Assembly (NCBI GenBank): GCA_040905465.1
Contig: JBBDRK010000004.1
Span: 3,970 to 47,919 of the forward strand
Direction of reading: 5' to 3'
Source of the DNA: Trueperaceae bacterium
GTDB lineage: Bacteria > Deinococcota > Deinococci > Deinococcales > Trueperaceae
Length of the DNA stretch: 43,950 nucleotides
The notes beneath the pieces were generated by a model that was given only the letters and a program-made list of their open reading frames with translations, searched no databases and was not told where the DNA came from. Positions 19,133 to 28,243 of this stretch are shown piece by piece. A program made the position numbers and the translations under genes. Position 1 is the stretch's first letter. Each line of letters starts with the position of its first letter.

Positions 19133-21264
19133 AACCCGCTCTTCGCCATATTGTTGTCTGCGCCCTGCTGCTTGTCGTCGGAATCGGCGCGCAGGCGCAA
19201 GGCGATGAGGTACTGGAGCGCTACGGGCTCGCACTCGCCAACCTGAGCGAGAGCTTACTGGCTCTCTCCAGCGACAGCACCGCCAGCCGTGACGAGCTCG
19301 ACCGGGCCGCGGGAGCGCTGCGGTTCATGGCCGCGAGCGCCGGAAGCCCGAACCTGGTCGAAGCGATGGAGCGGGTGTTCGAACGCGCGCGCAGCGCCAT
19401 CCAGAATCGTTCGGTCACCGACCTGGGCGTCCAGACTTCGCTCCTTGGCGGCGGCTTCCAGCGGGCCCTCTTCGACTCCGCCCTCGCCTTGCTGGAGGAT
19501 GAGCCGGCGACCGCGCTGACCCGGCTCGACAGGCTGGCCACCGATCTGGACTTCGACGATCAGACCAGGGCCGCACTGGCCGAAGCCGGCACCGACGCCG
19601 CGGCGATACGCCGCGAGTTCGAGGCCGCCGTCGCCGAACGGGTCGGCCAACAGCTCGAGCTGGCCGAGGAGCGGTACGCCCAGAGCCGGGATTCCGCATA
19701 CCGTACGCTGGCCGACGCCTATGGCGACTTCCTGCTGATCCAGGACTCTCCGCGCGCCGACGCCCGACTGAACGCCGCATTCGCCGCCGCCGCCGAAGAG
19801 CTGATAGCCGACCGTGGCGAAGAGATGAGCGCCCGCTTGCAGAGCCTGGCGCAGGGCTTCGACCGTCTCGCCGACGCCGCACGTTCGACCGTGCCGGAAT
19901 CCGACGGTGCCGCCGGTACCAATGGCACTACTCCCGGCGACGCGGTCGATCCGGCGAGCGGCTCGACCACAGGCGACGGCGACATACCGCGACAGGCGGC
20001 GGTCGGCGTCCAGGACGACGCAGCGAGAAACACGGCGGAAGGCGCAGGGCAAGACGCAGGGCAAGACGCTGTCACGGACGTTCCCCGACCGGCGGCCGAA
20101 CGAACCGTTGCGGGCACGCCGACCGGCGCAAACCAGGGCGAGGACGCCGGTGGTGAAACTGCTCCGAGCGACACTGCCGCGAACGAGGTTGCACGCAACG
20201 ACGTTGCTCGAGACGACGGTGCAGCAGCCGCCGCAATTCAAACCGGGGCAGCACCGGCCGGCGCCGTCAACGCGGGCCAGCAGGCCACCGGCGACAGCCC
20301 GCCGTCGGACACCGGAGCCGAAACCGGCGCCGAAGCCGGCGCTGTGGGCGTCACGGACAGCACCGACATGAACAGCGGCGTCACAAACAGCGCAGACACG
20401 ACCGCCTTACGCAGGGCGCTGGCACGCGAGCTGATCCTGGCGGGAGTGCCGGCGACGCAGGTGGAACGACTGGCGGAAGACTTGCAGGAGCGCGGGTTGG
20501 TCTCGCTCGGCGACCTCAGCGACGAGCTGTACACGTCGGCCGGACGCCTGGTGGCCGACATCCAGGCCGGCGACACGGCCTCGGCCGAGAGTCGCCTGTC
20601 GGAGCTGAGCGCCGGCTATGCGAGCTCGGTACGCCCACTGGTGGCGATTCTCTCCCCGGCGATCGACCGGCGCACGACCCAATTGATGGAGAAGCTCGCT
20701 GCCTCGTCGGTGCTCCGCACTCAGGACGCGCTGGTGCTGATCGGCCAGATCGAAGCGGTAGACAGGCTACTTGCAGGGAGCACTCCGGTCCGCACCCAGA
20801 TCGTCAACAGCGAGACCACCATCGTCTGGACCGGCTGGCTGCGACTGGTCACGCTCCTGACCCTCGCGCTACTCGCCGTCATCCCGCTGTTCCTGCTCAA
20901 CCTGGCGTTCGGCGGCGGAAACCGCAACTGGCAACTGATCGGCGTCGCCCTCTTCCTGCTGCTGCTTCCGGTCATTTACGAGGGCCTGGCCTCGCTGGCC
21001 TCGCTCGCCGCGGAGCTATTGGCTCTGCCGGTACTGTCGGCAGGCACCACGTTCTCGATGTTCGAGAGTCCGATCGGCCAGGTGGCCTGGGCGGCGGTCA
21101 CCGCGGCGGGCATCCTGTTCGCAAGTGCCGGACTGTACGGAATCTGTGTCCAGTTCGGCCTGCTGGGCGGCAGGCAGTCGAGAACCGGCGACTCTCAAAC
21201 GATGATCTCCGCCGCTCCGGGGGGAGACGCAGACACGGTCGTAGACTGGGACGAGGAGTTCTGA
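19129..21264 (+). CDS. Hypothetical exported membrane protein (signal peptide, helical domains, disordered linker, ~3 C-terminal TM helices)
   Basis: GGAGGAGG RBS; ATGA overlap with the upstream gene; signal peptide ending AQA; hydrophobic C-terminal segments; acidic tail VDWDEEF. Confidence 0.8.
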   Translation: MKPALRHIVVCALLLVVGIGAQAQGDEVLERYGLALANLSESLLALSSDSTASRDELDRAAGALRFMAASAGSPNLVEAMERVFERARSAIQNRSVTDLGVQTSLLGGGFQRALFDSALALLEDEPATALTRLDRLATDLDFDDQTRAALAEAGTDAAAIRREFEAAVAERVGQQLELAEERYAQSRDSAYRTLADAYGDFLLIQDSPRADARLNAAFAAAAEELIADRGEEMSARLQSLAQGFDRLADAARSTVPESDGAAGTNGTTPGDAVDPASGSTTGDGDIPRQAAVGVQDDAARNTAEGAGQDAGQDAVTDVPRPAAERTVAGTPTGANQGEDAGGETAPSDTAANEVARNDVARDDGAAAAAIQTGAAPAGAVNAGQQATGDSPPSDTGAETGAEAGAVGVTDSTDMNSGVTNSADTTALRRALARELILAGVPATQVERLAEDLQERGLVSLGDLSDELYTSAGRLVADIQAGDTASAESRLSELSAGYASSVRPLVAILSPAIDRRTTQLMEKLAASSVLRTQDALVLIGQIEAVDRLLAGSTPVRTQIVNSETTIVWTGWLRLVTLLTLALLAVIPLFLLNLAFGGGNRNWQLIGVALFLLLLPVIYEGLASLASLAAELLALPVLSAGTTFSMFESPIGQVAWAAVTAAGILFASAGLYGICVQFGLLGGRQSRTGDSQTMISAAPGGDADTVVDWDEEF
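20044..20067 (+). repeat. 12-bp coding tandem duplication
   Basis: GCAGGGCAAGAC x2 (AGQD-AGQD) in the low-complexity linker. Confidence 0.7.
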
Positions 21265-21439
21265 TCGGGGATTACAGCGGCAGGCGGCATGACGACCTGC
21301 CATAGTCCCGCGCTCCTGGCCCGGGCGCAGGGTCGCTGGCGGCTCGAAGTAACGAGGAGTAACCAGACTTGTTGATGGGGTCGGACAACCAAGCGAGCGC
21401 GATTTCGGCCGGTGCCGTCGAGCCGGCCGGAGGTGCGTC

Positions 21440-24196
21440 TTGAGCCCTAGCCCCCTCTATCAGGCGGCGGTATCCGAGCTCGAAGGCGTCCTCTCGCCGC
21501 GGGTCGTCTCGCGATCGCTGAAGGAGGGCATGCTGCAGGTAGGCAGCACGCCCGATGCGATCGAGCTGACGGAGCTGGAACGCATCCTCAAGGCGCAGAT
21601 CTACCGTCAGCTGCAGGTGGCGATGCCGCTCGAGCAGGCCAAGGAGACGATCTCGGGAATCCTCGAGCGGCTCCGTAGCCTCGAAACCGGAGGCAAGCCC
21701 CGCGACCCGACACCGGCACCGCTGGACGGCCAGCAGGTGGCCCTGGCCGAGTTGCAGGCGGCGATGCGTCCCTTCAACCTCTATTTCGAGTGGCCCGAAG
21801 TCCAGAAGTTGCGCGCTCAGATCCAGCTACTCGAAGGCGAGCAGTCCGCAGGCAGGGAGGCGGCCAGCCTCCTGCGTGACGCCCGCGAACAGCTGCGGTC
21901 CGTCGCTCAGAAGCTGGAGGACAGCCTGGTCATTCAGGCACGCGACCTCGGAGAGCTCGACGGCCTGCTCGAACAGGTCCGCAGCCTGGGGGGACCGAAA
22001 GTTCGGCGATTGGAGAACCTGCTGGGCCAGATTCGCGAGGCCCAGGACCAGCGTCAACTGGCGACCGCCGAGATCGAGCGCGCCCGAAAACTCGGCACCG
22101 ACCTGCGCAAGCTCCTCGAGTCCAGCGTTTTGGCCCAGAAGGAGCAGGCGCCGGCGGACGACACCGGGATCCTGGAGGTGGACGAGGACGAGCCACTTGC
22201 CGTGGTCCGCGACGTTGAAGAGGGCGTGAACGCGCGGTTGCTGATGATCGACCTGGAGAGCGAGCGCTTCGAGCTCGGATCGATCGAAAGCGGCCACGCG
22301 CACCTGTTGGAGCACCATCCGGAGTCGCGCGCCGAGATCGAGCGCCTCAGAGAAGCCGTGGACGCGGGAACACCGATTGGTGACGAGCTCGGCCCGCTGC
22401 GCGAACGGCTCGACAGGGCGTCCGAGGAGGCTCGAGTCGCTCTCAGCAAAGAGCTCGAGGCGATCGCCGATGACGCGCTGCGACTGCGGCAGCACTCGGA
22501 CGTCGGCGAGCTGAGCCAGGCGGTACAGGTGGCCCGCGGCGTGCTCGAGAAGTCGATTCCCGAACTCAACGACATAGCACACGTTCGCGACCTGCACGCC
22601 TTGGCCAGCGAACGCGCGCAAGCAGCGGAGAAGCTCGAGGAGGAGGCAGAGGCGGAGCGCCAGGCGAGACTGCGCGAGCAAGCGTCTGCGATAGCCAGGC
22701 TCGAGTCCACCGTTCAGGTGCACGGCGCCGACTCGTCGGCGGAGTTCGAGGCGCTCAAGGACGGCCTTTCGGCGCTCCGCGCGGCTCACGCCCAGGGCGA
22801 ACTCGTACCGGAGCTCCTTGCGGCGGTCAGGCGCTCGGAGGAGCGCTACCAGGCGGCCGCCGGAGCCGAGGAGTCCGGTGCCGGCGACCGGCCGGAAGCC
22901 CGGGCCCGCGCGCTGCTCGACGAGCTCGAAGCCTTGCCGCTGCTGCCCTCGCTGCGCGAGCGCGCCGGTGCCCTGGCCGGCAAGCTCTCGGCGCTACTCG
23001 TCGGCGGCGAGCGGGCCGGTCTCGAGGACGCCGCCGCGCGCCTGGAGGAGGGCGAGTTGATGCTCGCTGCCCTTCGAGTGGAGTTGCGCGACGCCTACCG
23101 CGAGCGCCTCCAGTCGGCGCGACGCGAGGCGCTCGAACTCGGTCAGGACGCAACCGCCGATACCCTCGAGCAGGCCGAGAGCAGGCTGGGCAAGGGGGAG
23201 TTTCCGAGGCTCCACGACATCGAGGCGGGCCTTCGCGGCGACGCCGACCGCCGCCGCCAGGAGGAGCTGACCGAGACCAGGGTCCTCGAGGCCGAGGCCG
23301 CCCGCTTCGCCGGCCTTGGCCTTTCTGGCTACGAGGAGCTCTGCAGCCTTATCGAGGAGGCCAAGGGGGCGCCGATGGGGAGTCGCACGGCGGCGCTCCT
23401 GGGCCGTGCCTGGTTGCAACTCGAGGCGCTGCGGGCGACCGTCGAGCAGCGACTGGCAGGCTTGGAGAGCCGCTTAGATGCTGCCCTGGCGGGGCTGGAA
23501 CGAGTCGAGAAGCTGAACAGCGAGGACGTCGAAGAGTCGCGCCGCATCCTTCACCACCTGCACGATCAGCGAGATTCGCTGGGGCGCGTCTCGTTGGGGC
23601 TGCGGCTGGAGCTGGAGTCGTCCCTACAGTGGGCCGAGTCGCTCCTGGCCAAGCTCCAGCAGGAGTACGAAGCCACCCGTGTTATCGCGGACCAGTTGGT
23701 GAGCGGCAACTTCATCGACGACATGCTCGGCCTGCTGGGCAGCGATCAGCCACGGCCGGAGGCCCCGTCGGACCAGATCGCGATCCCCGACCTGACTCCG
23801 GCAGAAACGGTGGAGACGCGCAGCGACAACCCGAAGCTCAACGCCTGGGTCGAGGGGTATCTGGCCGAGCAAGGCGTCTCGTCGTTGGCGCTGCTCGACC
23901 GCGAGGGAAAGATGGTGGCCGGCCGGTTGCAAGCGATCCCGGCCCAAGCAAGGTCGGGACTGGACCGGCTGATGACGGAACTCGACGCTCTCGGAGCCGA
24001 GCTGGGCCGCGGCGCCCCCCGGCTAGCCACGCTGGAAGCCGGCAACCGAGCGGTGATCGCAAGCCGACCCATAGGAAAGTATCGGTTGCTGGCCGTGCTC
24101 GACACCTCCTCCGCGCTCAGCCGGGTGCTGCACCGGCTGCGTGGCGAGCTCGCGCCGGGCAGCAACAAGACCAGCGGTGATTCTCCACTCTCTTGA
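21440..24196 (+). CDS. Hypothetical 918-aa coiled-coil protein with C-terminal Roadblock/LC7-like domain
   Basis: GGAGG RBS before TTG; long E/L/A/R heptad-rich body; C-terminus GVSSLALLDREG...RLATLEAGNRAVIASRPIGKYRLLAVL. Confidence 0.75.
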   Translation: MSPSPLYQAAVSELEGVLSPRVVSRSLKEGMLQVGSTPDAIELTELERILKAQIYRQLQVAMPLEQAKETISGILERLRSLETGGKPRDPTPAPLDGQQVALAELQAAMRPFNLYFEWPEVQKLRAQIQLLEGEQSAGREAASLLRDAREQLRSVAQKLEDSLVIQARDLGELDGLLEQVRSLGGPKVRRLENLLGQIREAQDQRQLATAEIERARKLGTDLRKLLESSVLAQKEQAPADDTGILEVDEDEPLAVVRDVEEGVNARLLMIDLESERFELGSIESGHAHLLEHHPESRAEIERLREAVDAGTPIGDELGPLRERLDRASEEARVALSKELEAIADDALRLRQHSDVGELSQAVQVARGVLEKSIPELNDIAHVRDLHALASERAQAAEKLEEEAEAERQARLREQASAIARLESTVQVHGADSSAEFEALKDGLSALRAAHAQGELVPELLAAVRRSEERYQAAAGAEESGAGDRPEARARALLDELEALPLLPSLRERAGALAGKLSALLVGGERAGLEDAAARLEEGELMLAALRVELRDAYRERLQSARREALELGQDATADTLEQAESRLGKGEFPRLHDIEAGLRGDADRRRQEELTETRVLEAEAARFAGLGLSGYEELCSLIEEAKGAPMGSRTAALLGRAWLQLEALRATVEQRLAGLESRLDAALAGLERVEKLNSEDVEESRRILHHLHDQRDSLGRVSLGLRLELESSLQWAESLLAKLQQEYEATRVIADQLVSGNFIDDMLGLLGSDQPRPEAPSDQIAIPDLTPAETVETRSDNPKLNAWVEGYLAEQGVSSLALLDREGKMVAGRLQAIPAQARSGLDRLMTELDALGAELGRGAPRLATLEAGNRAVIASRPIGKYRLLAVLDTSSALSRVLHRLRGELAPGSNKTSGDSPLS

Positions 24197-24617
24197 GGAA
24201 ACTCGGGAGCTCGCGGCGCTGTTGGTAGAGCGGACCGCGCCGGGTGACCTCCTGCTTCTCGCCGGTCCGCTCGGTGCGGGCAAGACCACGCTCACCAGCC
24301 TGATAGCCGAGGAGCTGAACAGCGATGCACAGGTTTCCAGCCCCACCTACACGCTGGTACACGAGTACCCAACGCCGGCAGGACTGCTGGTGCACATAGA
24401 CGCCTTCCGTCTCGCCGACCACGCAGCGCTGAACCAGCTCGGCCCATTGGGTCACATCGGCCTCGACGACTATCTGGACCGGGCCAGGCTGGTGGTAGTG
24501 GAGTGGGGCGAAGCACTCGCAAAGCAGTACCCTGAGGCCTGGTTGGTGCGGCTCGAGCGCGACGGAGAGCGTCGTGAAGCGAGCATACGGCCCCCGAACA
24601 CGCCGGCAGGCGGATGA
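24177..24617 (+). CDS. tsaE: tRNA t6A biosynthesis ATPase
   Basis: GPLGAGKTT, VSSPTYTLVHEY, HIDAFRL, VEWGE; GTG start overlaps the upstream gene end (start uncertain). Confidence 0.92.
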   Translation: MILHSLEETRELAALLVERTAPGDLLLLAGPLGAGKTTLTSLIAEELNSDAQVSSPTYTLVHEYPTPAGLLVHIDAFRLADHAALNQLGPLGHIGLDDYLDRARLVVVEWGEALAKQYPEAWLVRLERDGERREASIRPPNTPAGG

Positions 24618-25186
24618 GCGGGTCGTTCGCCAGCGGTCTTTACCTGGGTCTGGATACCGCCACCCCGTACCTGGCAGTCGCCGTCTGCTCGGCGCAAGGT
24701 AGCGTGCTGGCGGCCACGACCGAACTGGTGGAGCGCCGACACGCCGCCCGTCTGATCTCGGCGCTGGAAGAAACGCTGGCGGATGCCGGAGTCGAACGAA
24801 CCTCCCTCGCCGCCATCGCCTGCGGAATAGGTCCCGGTTCCTATACCGGCCTGCGGGTGGGCGTTGCCGGCGCACTCGGCCTGGCGCGGTCGCTCGCTGT
24901 GCCCCTGGCCGGCTGTGACACCCTGGCGGCCGTTGCTTTCGGAGCGCTCGAGGACGACGAGGAGGGGCTGGCGACTCTCGATGCCCGCCGCGGGAACCTC
25001 TACGTGGGGCGTTACCGTCGACAGGGACAGGACATCGTCACCCTGGCAAGCCCCCGCAAGGTCGAACGCCAGTCACTACTCGAGCAGCACCCCGGGATGC
25101 GCCTCATCGAGAACCGGCCCCCCGACCCCGGCTTCGTGGCCCGACAGGCAGGGGGCACGGCGCCCTTCACGCCGGTCTACCTGTGA
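24614..25186 (+). CDS. tsaB: tRNA t6A biosynthesis protein
   Basis: LGLDTAT, GIGPGSYTGLRVG, DARRG; ATGA overlap with tsaE. Confidence 0.92.
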   Translation: MSGSFASGLYLGLDTATPYLAVAVCSAQGSVLAATTELVERRHAARLISALEETLADAGVERTSLAAIACGIGPGSYTGLRVGVAGALGLARSLAVPLAGCDTLAAVAFGALEDDEEGLATLDARRGNLYVGRYRRQGQDIVTLASPRKVERQSLLEQHPGMRLIENRPPDPGFVARQAGGTAPFTPVYL

Positions 25187-25253
25187 ACGGACCACCGCCG
25201 TCAGGAGAAGGGGGGGAGAGAAGTTCCTATCGTAAGCATGAGTAAGCTGACGT

Positions 25254-25259
25254 TATACT
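25254..25259 (+). promoter_or_regulatory. Candidate -10 element (TATACT) for the mreB-lpx transcript
   Basis: Near-consensus hexamer in the AT-richer patch of the tsaB-mreB spacer. Confidence 0.5.
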
Positions 25260-25334
25260 GCGCTGGTTGCAAGCCCGGCTCCGGCGGGCGTTTCCCCGGC
25301 CGGCCCCCCAAACGTGGCACGTGATGGAGTGACG

Positions 25335-26369
25335 ATGTTGAGACCCTGGCAGGAAATCGGTGTGGACCTCGGGACGGCCACCGTCCTCATCTATGTCAAA
25401 GGCAAAGGTATCAAGCTGCGCGAACCGTCGGTGATCGCCATGGTTCGCGATACCGGCGACATGAAAGCTGTCGGCGACGAGGCCTACCGCATGCTCGGCC
25501 GCACGCCCGGCAACATCGTTGCGGTCCGCCCTATGCGCGACGGCGTGATAGCCGACTACGACCTGACCGAGAAGATGCTCAAGGCCTTCGTTCGCAAGGT
25601 CATAACCGGTCCCGGCCGGCTCTTCAAACCGCATATCATGGTGTGCGTTCCTTCGGGGGTGACCGAGGTCGAGCGGCGGGCGGTGCTGCAGGCAACGCGC
25701 GAGGTCGGCGCCCGCAAGGCGTTCCTCATCGAGGAGCCGCTGGCAGCGGCGATCGGTGCCGGCGTGCGCATCGCCGAACCCACCGGCTCGATGATCGTAG
25801 ACATCGGCGGCGGCACCACCGACGTCGCCATCATCAGTCTCGGCGGCATCGTGGTGTCGGAATCGCTGCGCATCGCCGGCAACGAGTTCGACGAGGCGAT
25901 AATCCGCTACATCCGCCACAAGGAGAACATGCTCATCGGTGACCGCACGGCCGAGGACGTCAAGATGAAAGTCGGCGCGGCCGTGGTTCGCGGGCCGGAC
26001 GACGTGCGGGACATGGAAGTGCGTGGGCGTGACCTGATCAACGGCCTTCCCAAGACCATCAAGGTGACCACCGAAGACACCGTCGAGGCTCTCCAGGAGC
26101 CCCTGCAGAAGATTTCCGACGGCGTGCGCCGGGTGCTCGAGCTGGCGCCCCCCGAACTGGTGAGTGACGTTATCGACCGCGGGATCATCATGACCGGCGG
26201 TGGTTCGTTGCTGCGCAACTTCGACGAACTGCTGCGGCAGTCAACCGGCATACCGGTTGCCGTCGCCGACAACGCAATAGACGCCGTCGCGCTGGGCACA
26301 GGCCAGGCGCTCGACATGATCCCCGTTCTGCAGGACGCGCTGATCTCCGACAACTTCCTCCGTCGCTGA
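25335..26369 (+). CDS. mreB: Rod shape-determining protein MreB
   Basis: IGVDLGTA, EEPLAAAIGAG, VDIGGGTTD, MTGGGSLL; ATG 25335 with GGAG RBS. Confidence 0.96.
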   Translation: MLRPWQEIGVDLGTATVLIYVKGKGIKLREPSVIAMVRDTGDMKAVGDEAYRMLGRTPGNIVAVRPMRDGVIADYDLTEKMLKAFVRKVITGPGRLFKPHIMVCVPSGVTEVERRAVLQATREVGARKAFLIEEPLAAAIGAGVRIAEPTGSMIVDIGGGTTDVAIISLGGIVVSESLRIAGNEFDEAIIRYIRHKENMLIGDRTAEDVKMKVGAAVVRGPDDVRDMEVRGRDLINGLPKTIKVTTEDTVEALQEPLQKISDGVRRVLELAPPELVSDVIDRGIIMTGGGSLLRNFDELLRQSTGIPVAVADNAIDAVALGTGQALDMIPVLQDALISDNFLRR

Positions 26370-26435
26370 GTTGATGGACTACGGCCGCCACGATCGGCAC
26401 GCCCGACCGCACCCGGCAAGGCAGGCGGCGAAGCG

Positions 26436-27467
26436 ATGACCGGAAACCGCGGCCGCACCTTCCACGCCCGTGAGCTGGCGGATCGGCTGGCGGGCGAGTT
26501 GGACGGCCCCGATCTGACGGTCGCAAGGCTCGCGCGCCCCGGTCCTGGCTGCGACGGCGCGGTAGTGGTGCTCTTCGAGCCCCGCCAGGAGGCGGCGCTG
26601 TCGGGGACACGTCCCGCCGTGATAGTTGCGCCTCTCGGACTGGCCCGTCCGTCCGAAGCAGACGCCCTGATCCGGGTTGCCGATCCGCGCCTTGCGCTGG
26701 TTCAACTGACGTCGATGTTCGATGACAGGCCCCTGCCTCAACCCGGCATTCACCCCAGTGCCAGCGTGGCGCCGGACGCACTGATCGGCGCCGGGGCCCG
26801 CGTTGCCGCCGGCGCCGTCGTCGCCGCTGGTGCCCGCATCGGCAACGCGACGATAGTCGGTGAACGGGTGGTGGTGGGTGCCGGGTCGGTGGTCGGAGCC
26901 GAGTGCCGCCTGCATGCCGGCGCCACGCTCGCCGACGGAGTGCAGCTGGGCGATAGGGTGATAATCCAAAGTGGCGCCGTACTGGGCAGCGACGGTTTCG
27001 GCTACGTTCCCTCGCCGCGTGGCGCCGCCAAGCTCAGGCACCTGGGATCGGTGATAGTAGCCGACGACGTGGAGATAGGCGCCAATACCTGCGTCGATAG
27101 GGGCACCCTGGGGGACACCTTCATTGGAACGCGCAGCAAGATCGACAACCTGTGCCAGATCGCCCACAACGTCCAGATCGGAAGCGATTGCCTGATCGCC
27201 GGGCAGTGCGGTATCGCCGGTTCCACACGGATCGGCGACCGTGTAACGGTGGCCGGCGGCGTTGGCGTCGGGGACCATCTGGAAATAGGCGACGGCGCCG
27301 TCCTCGGGCCGCGGGCGGCAGTGCTGAAGAGCGTTCCGGCGGGAGAAACCTGGCTGGGCTACCCGGCTCGGCCGTACAAGCGCTTCACCCGTGAGTCGTA
27401 CCTCATTGGCCGGCTCGAGCGCATTTGGCGCTTCGTGCGGCAGAACGAAGGGAATGACGAGGAGTGA
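26436..27467 (+). CDS. lpxD: UDP-3-O-acylglucosamine N-acyltransferase
   Basis: Hexapeptide repeats; GSDGFGY, EIGANTCVDRG, KIDNLCQIAHNV. Confidence 0.92.
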   Translation: MTGNRGRTFHARELADRLAGELDGPDLTVARLARPGPGCDGAVVVLFEPRQEAALSGTRPAVIVAPLGLARPSEADALIRVADPRLALVQLTSMFDDRPLPQPGIHPSASVAPDALIGAGARVAAGAVVAAGARIGNATIVGERVVVGAGSVVGAECRLHAGATLADGVQLGDRVIIQSGAVLGSDGFGYVPSPRGAAKLRHLGSVIVADDVEIGANTCVDRGTLGDTFIGTRSKIDNLCQIAHNVQIGSDCLIAGQCGIAGSTRIGDRVTVAGGVGVGDHLEIGDGAVLGPRAAVLKSVPAGETWLGYPARPYKRFTRESYLIGRLERIWRFVRQNEGNDEE

Positions 27468-28243
27468 TCTCGGGTATCGGCATCCATGGCGGGGCGCCAT
27501 GCCGGGTGAGGCTGCACCGCAGCGAGGGTGCCCTTCGTTTTCGCCGGGGAGCGCTGGAGATACCCGCAGAGGTCGGTGCGGTGGTGTCCACCGAGCGGTG
27601 CGTGGTGCTGGCGGCCGGTGCAGCGCGCGTTGCCACAGTCGAACATCTGTTGGCGGCATTGGCGCTCGCCGGTTTCTGGTCCGGCGTGGTGGTGGAGGCG
27701 GACAGCGATGAGCTGCCGATCCTCGACGGATCGGCGGTTCCCTGGAGCGAGGAGATCGCCGGTCTCGGCGAGCCGCCGGTCGCTCCGGCGCCGATCGAAC
27801 CGGCTCAGCCGCTAAGCGTGTCTCTCGGCTCGGCGTCGGCCGAGTTGATCCCCGGCGCCAGCGCCCTCGACGTGAGCGTGGAGTACCCGCATCCGGCCAT
27901 CGGGCGCCAGCGCTGGTACGGCGGGCCGGAATGTTGGCACGAACTGCTGGACGCCCGCACTTTCGGCTTCCTGGCTGAGCTGCAGACGCTGCATGCGGCA
28001 GGACTGGCGGCCGGGGCTGACACCGAAAATGCTATTGTCTTTGATGACGATGGGCCGTTGCGCCCACTTCGTCATGTCGATGAGCCGGTGCGGCACAAGG
28101 CGCTCGATCTCCTCGGCGACATGGCCCTGCTGGGCCGTCCGCTGAGTGCCGAAGTTCGCGTGTACCGCGGTTCGCACCGGTTGCACGTGAATCTTATGCG
28201 CCATCTACTTCGCCTTCAACCACACCAGGAAGCAACAGCGTGA
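27464..28243 (+). CDS. lpxC: UDP-3-O-acyl-GlcNAc deacetylase
   Basis: GIGIHGG, TVEHLLAAL, ELPILDGSA, ARTFGF, RHKALDLLGD. Confidence 0.93.
   Translation: MISGIGIHGGAPCRVRLHRSEGALRFRRGALEIPAEVGAVVSTERCVVLAAGAARVATVEHLLAALALAGFWSGVVVEADSDELPILDGSAVPWSEEIAGLGEPPVAPAPIEPAQPLSVSLGSASAELIPGASALDVSVEYPHPAIGRQRWYGGPECWHELLDARTFGFLAELQTLHAAGLAAGADTENAIVFDDDGPLRPLRHVDEPVRHKALDLLGDMALLGRPLSAEVRVYRGSHRLHVNLMRHLLRLQPHQEATA

Noticed and set aside
21440-24196. Possible SMC/Rad50 or defence ATPase call for the 918-aa coiled-coil protein
   Set aside because: No Walker A/B, signature motif or hinge/zinc-hook seen
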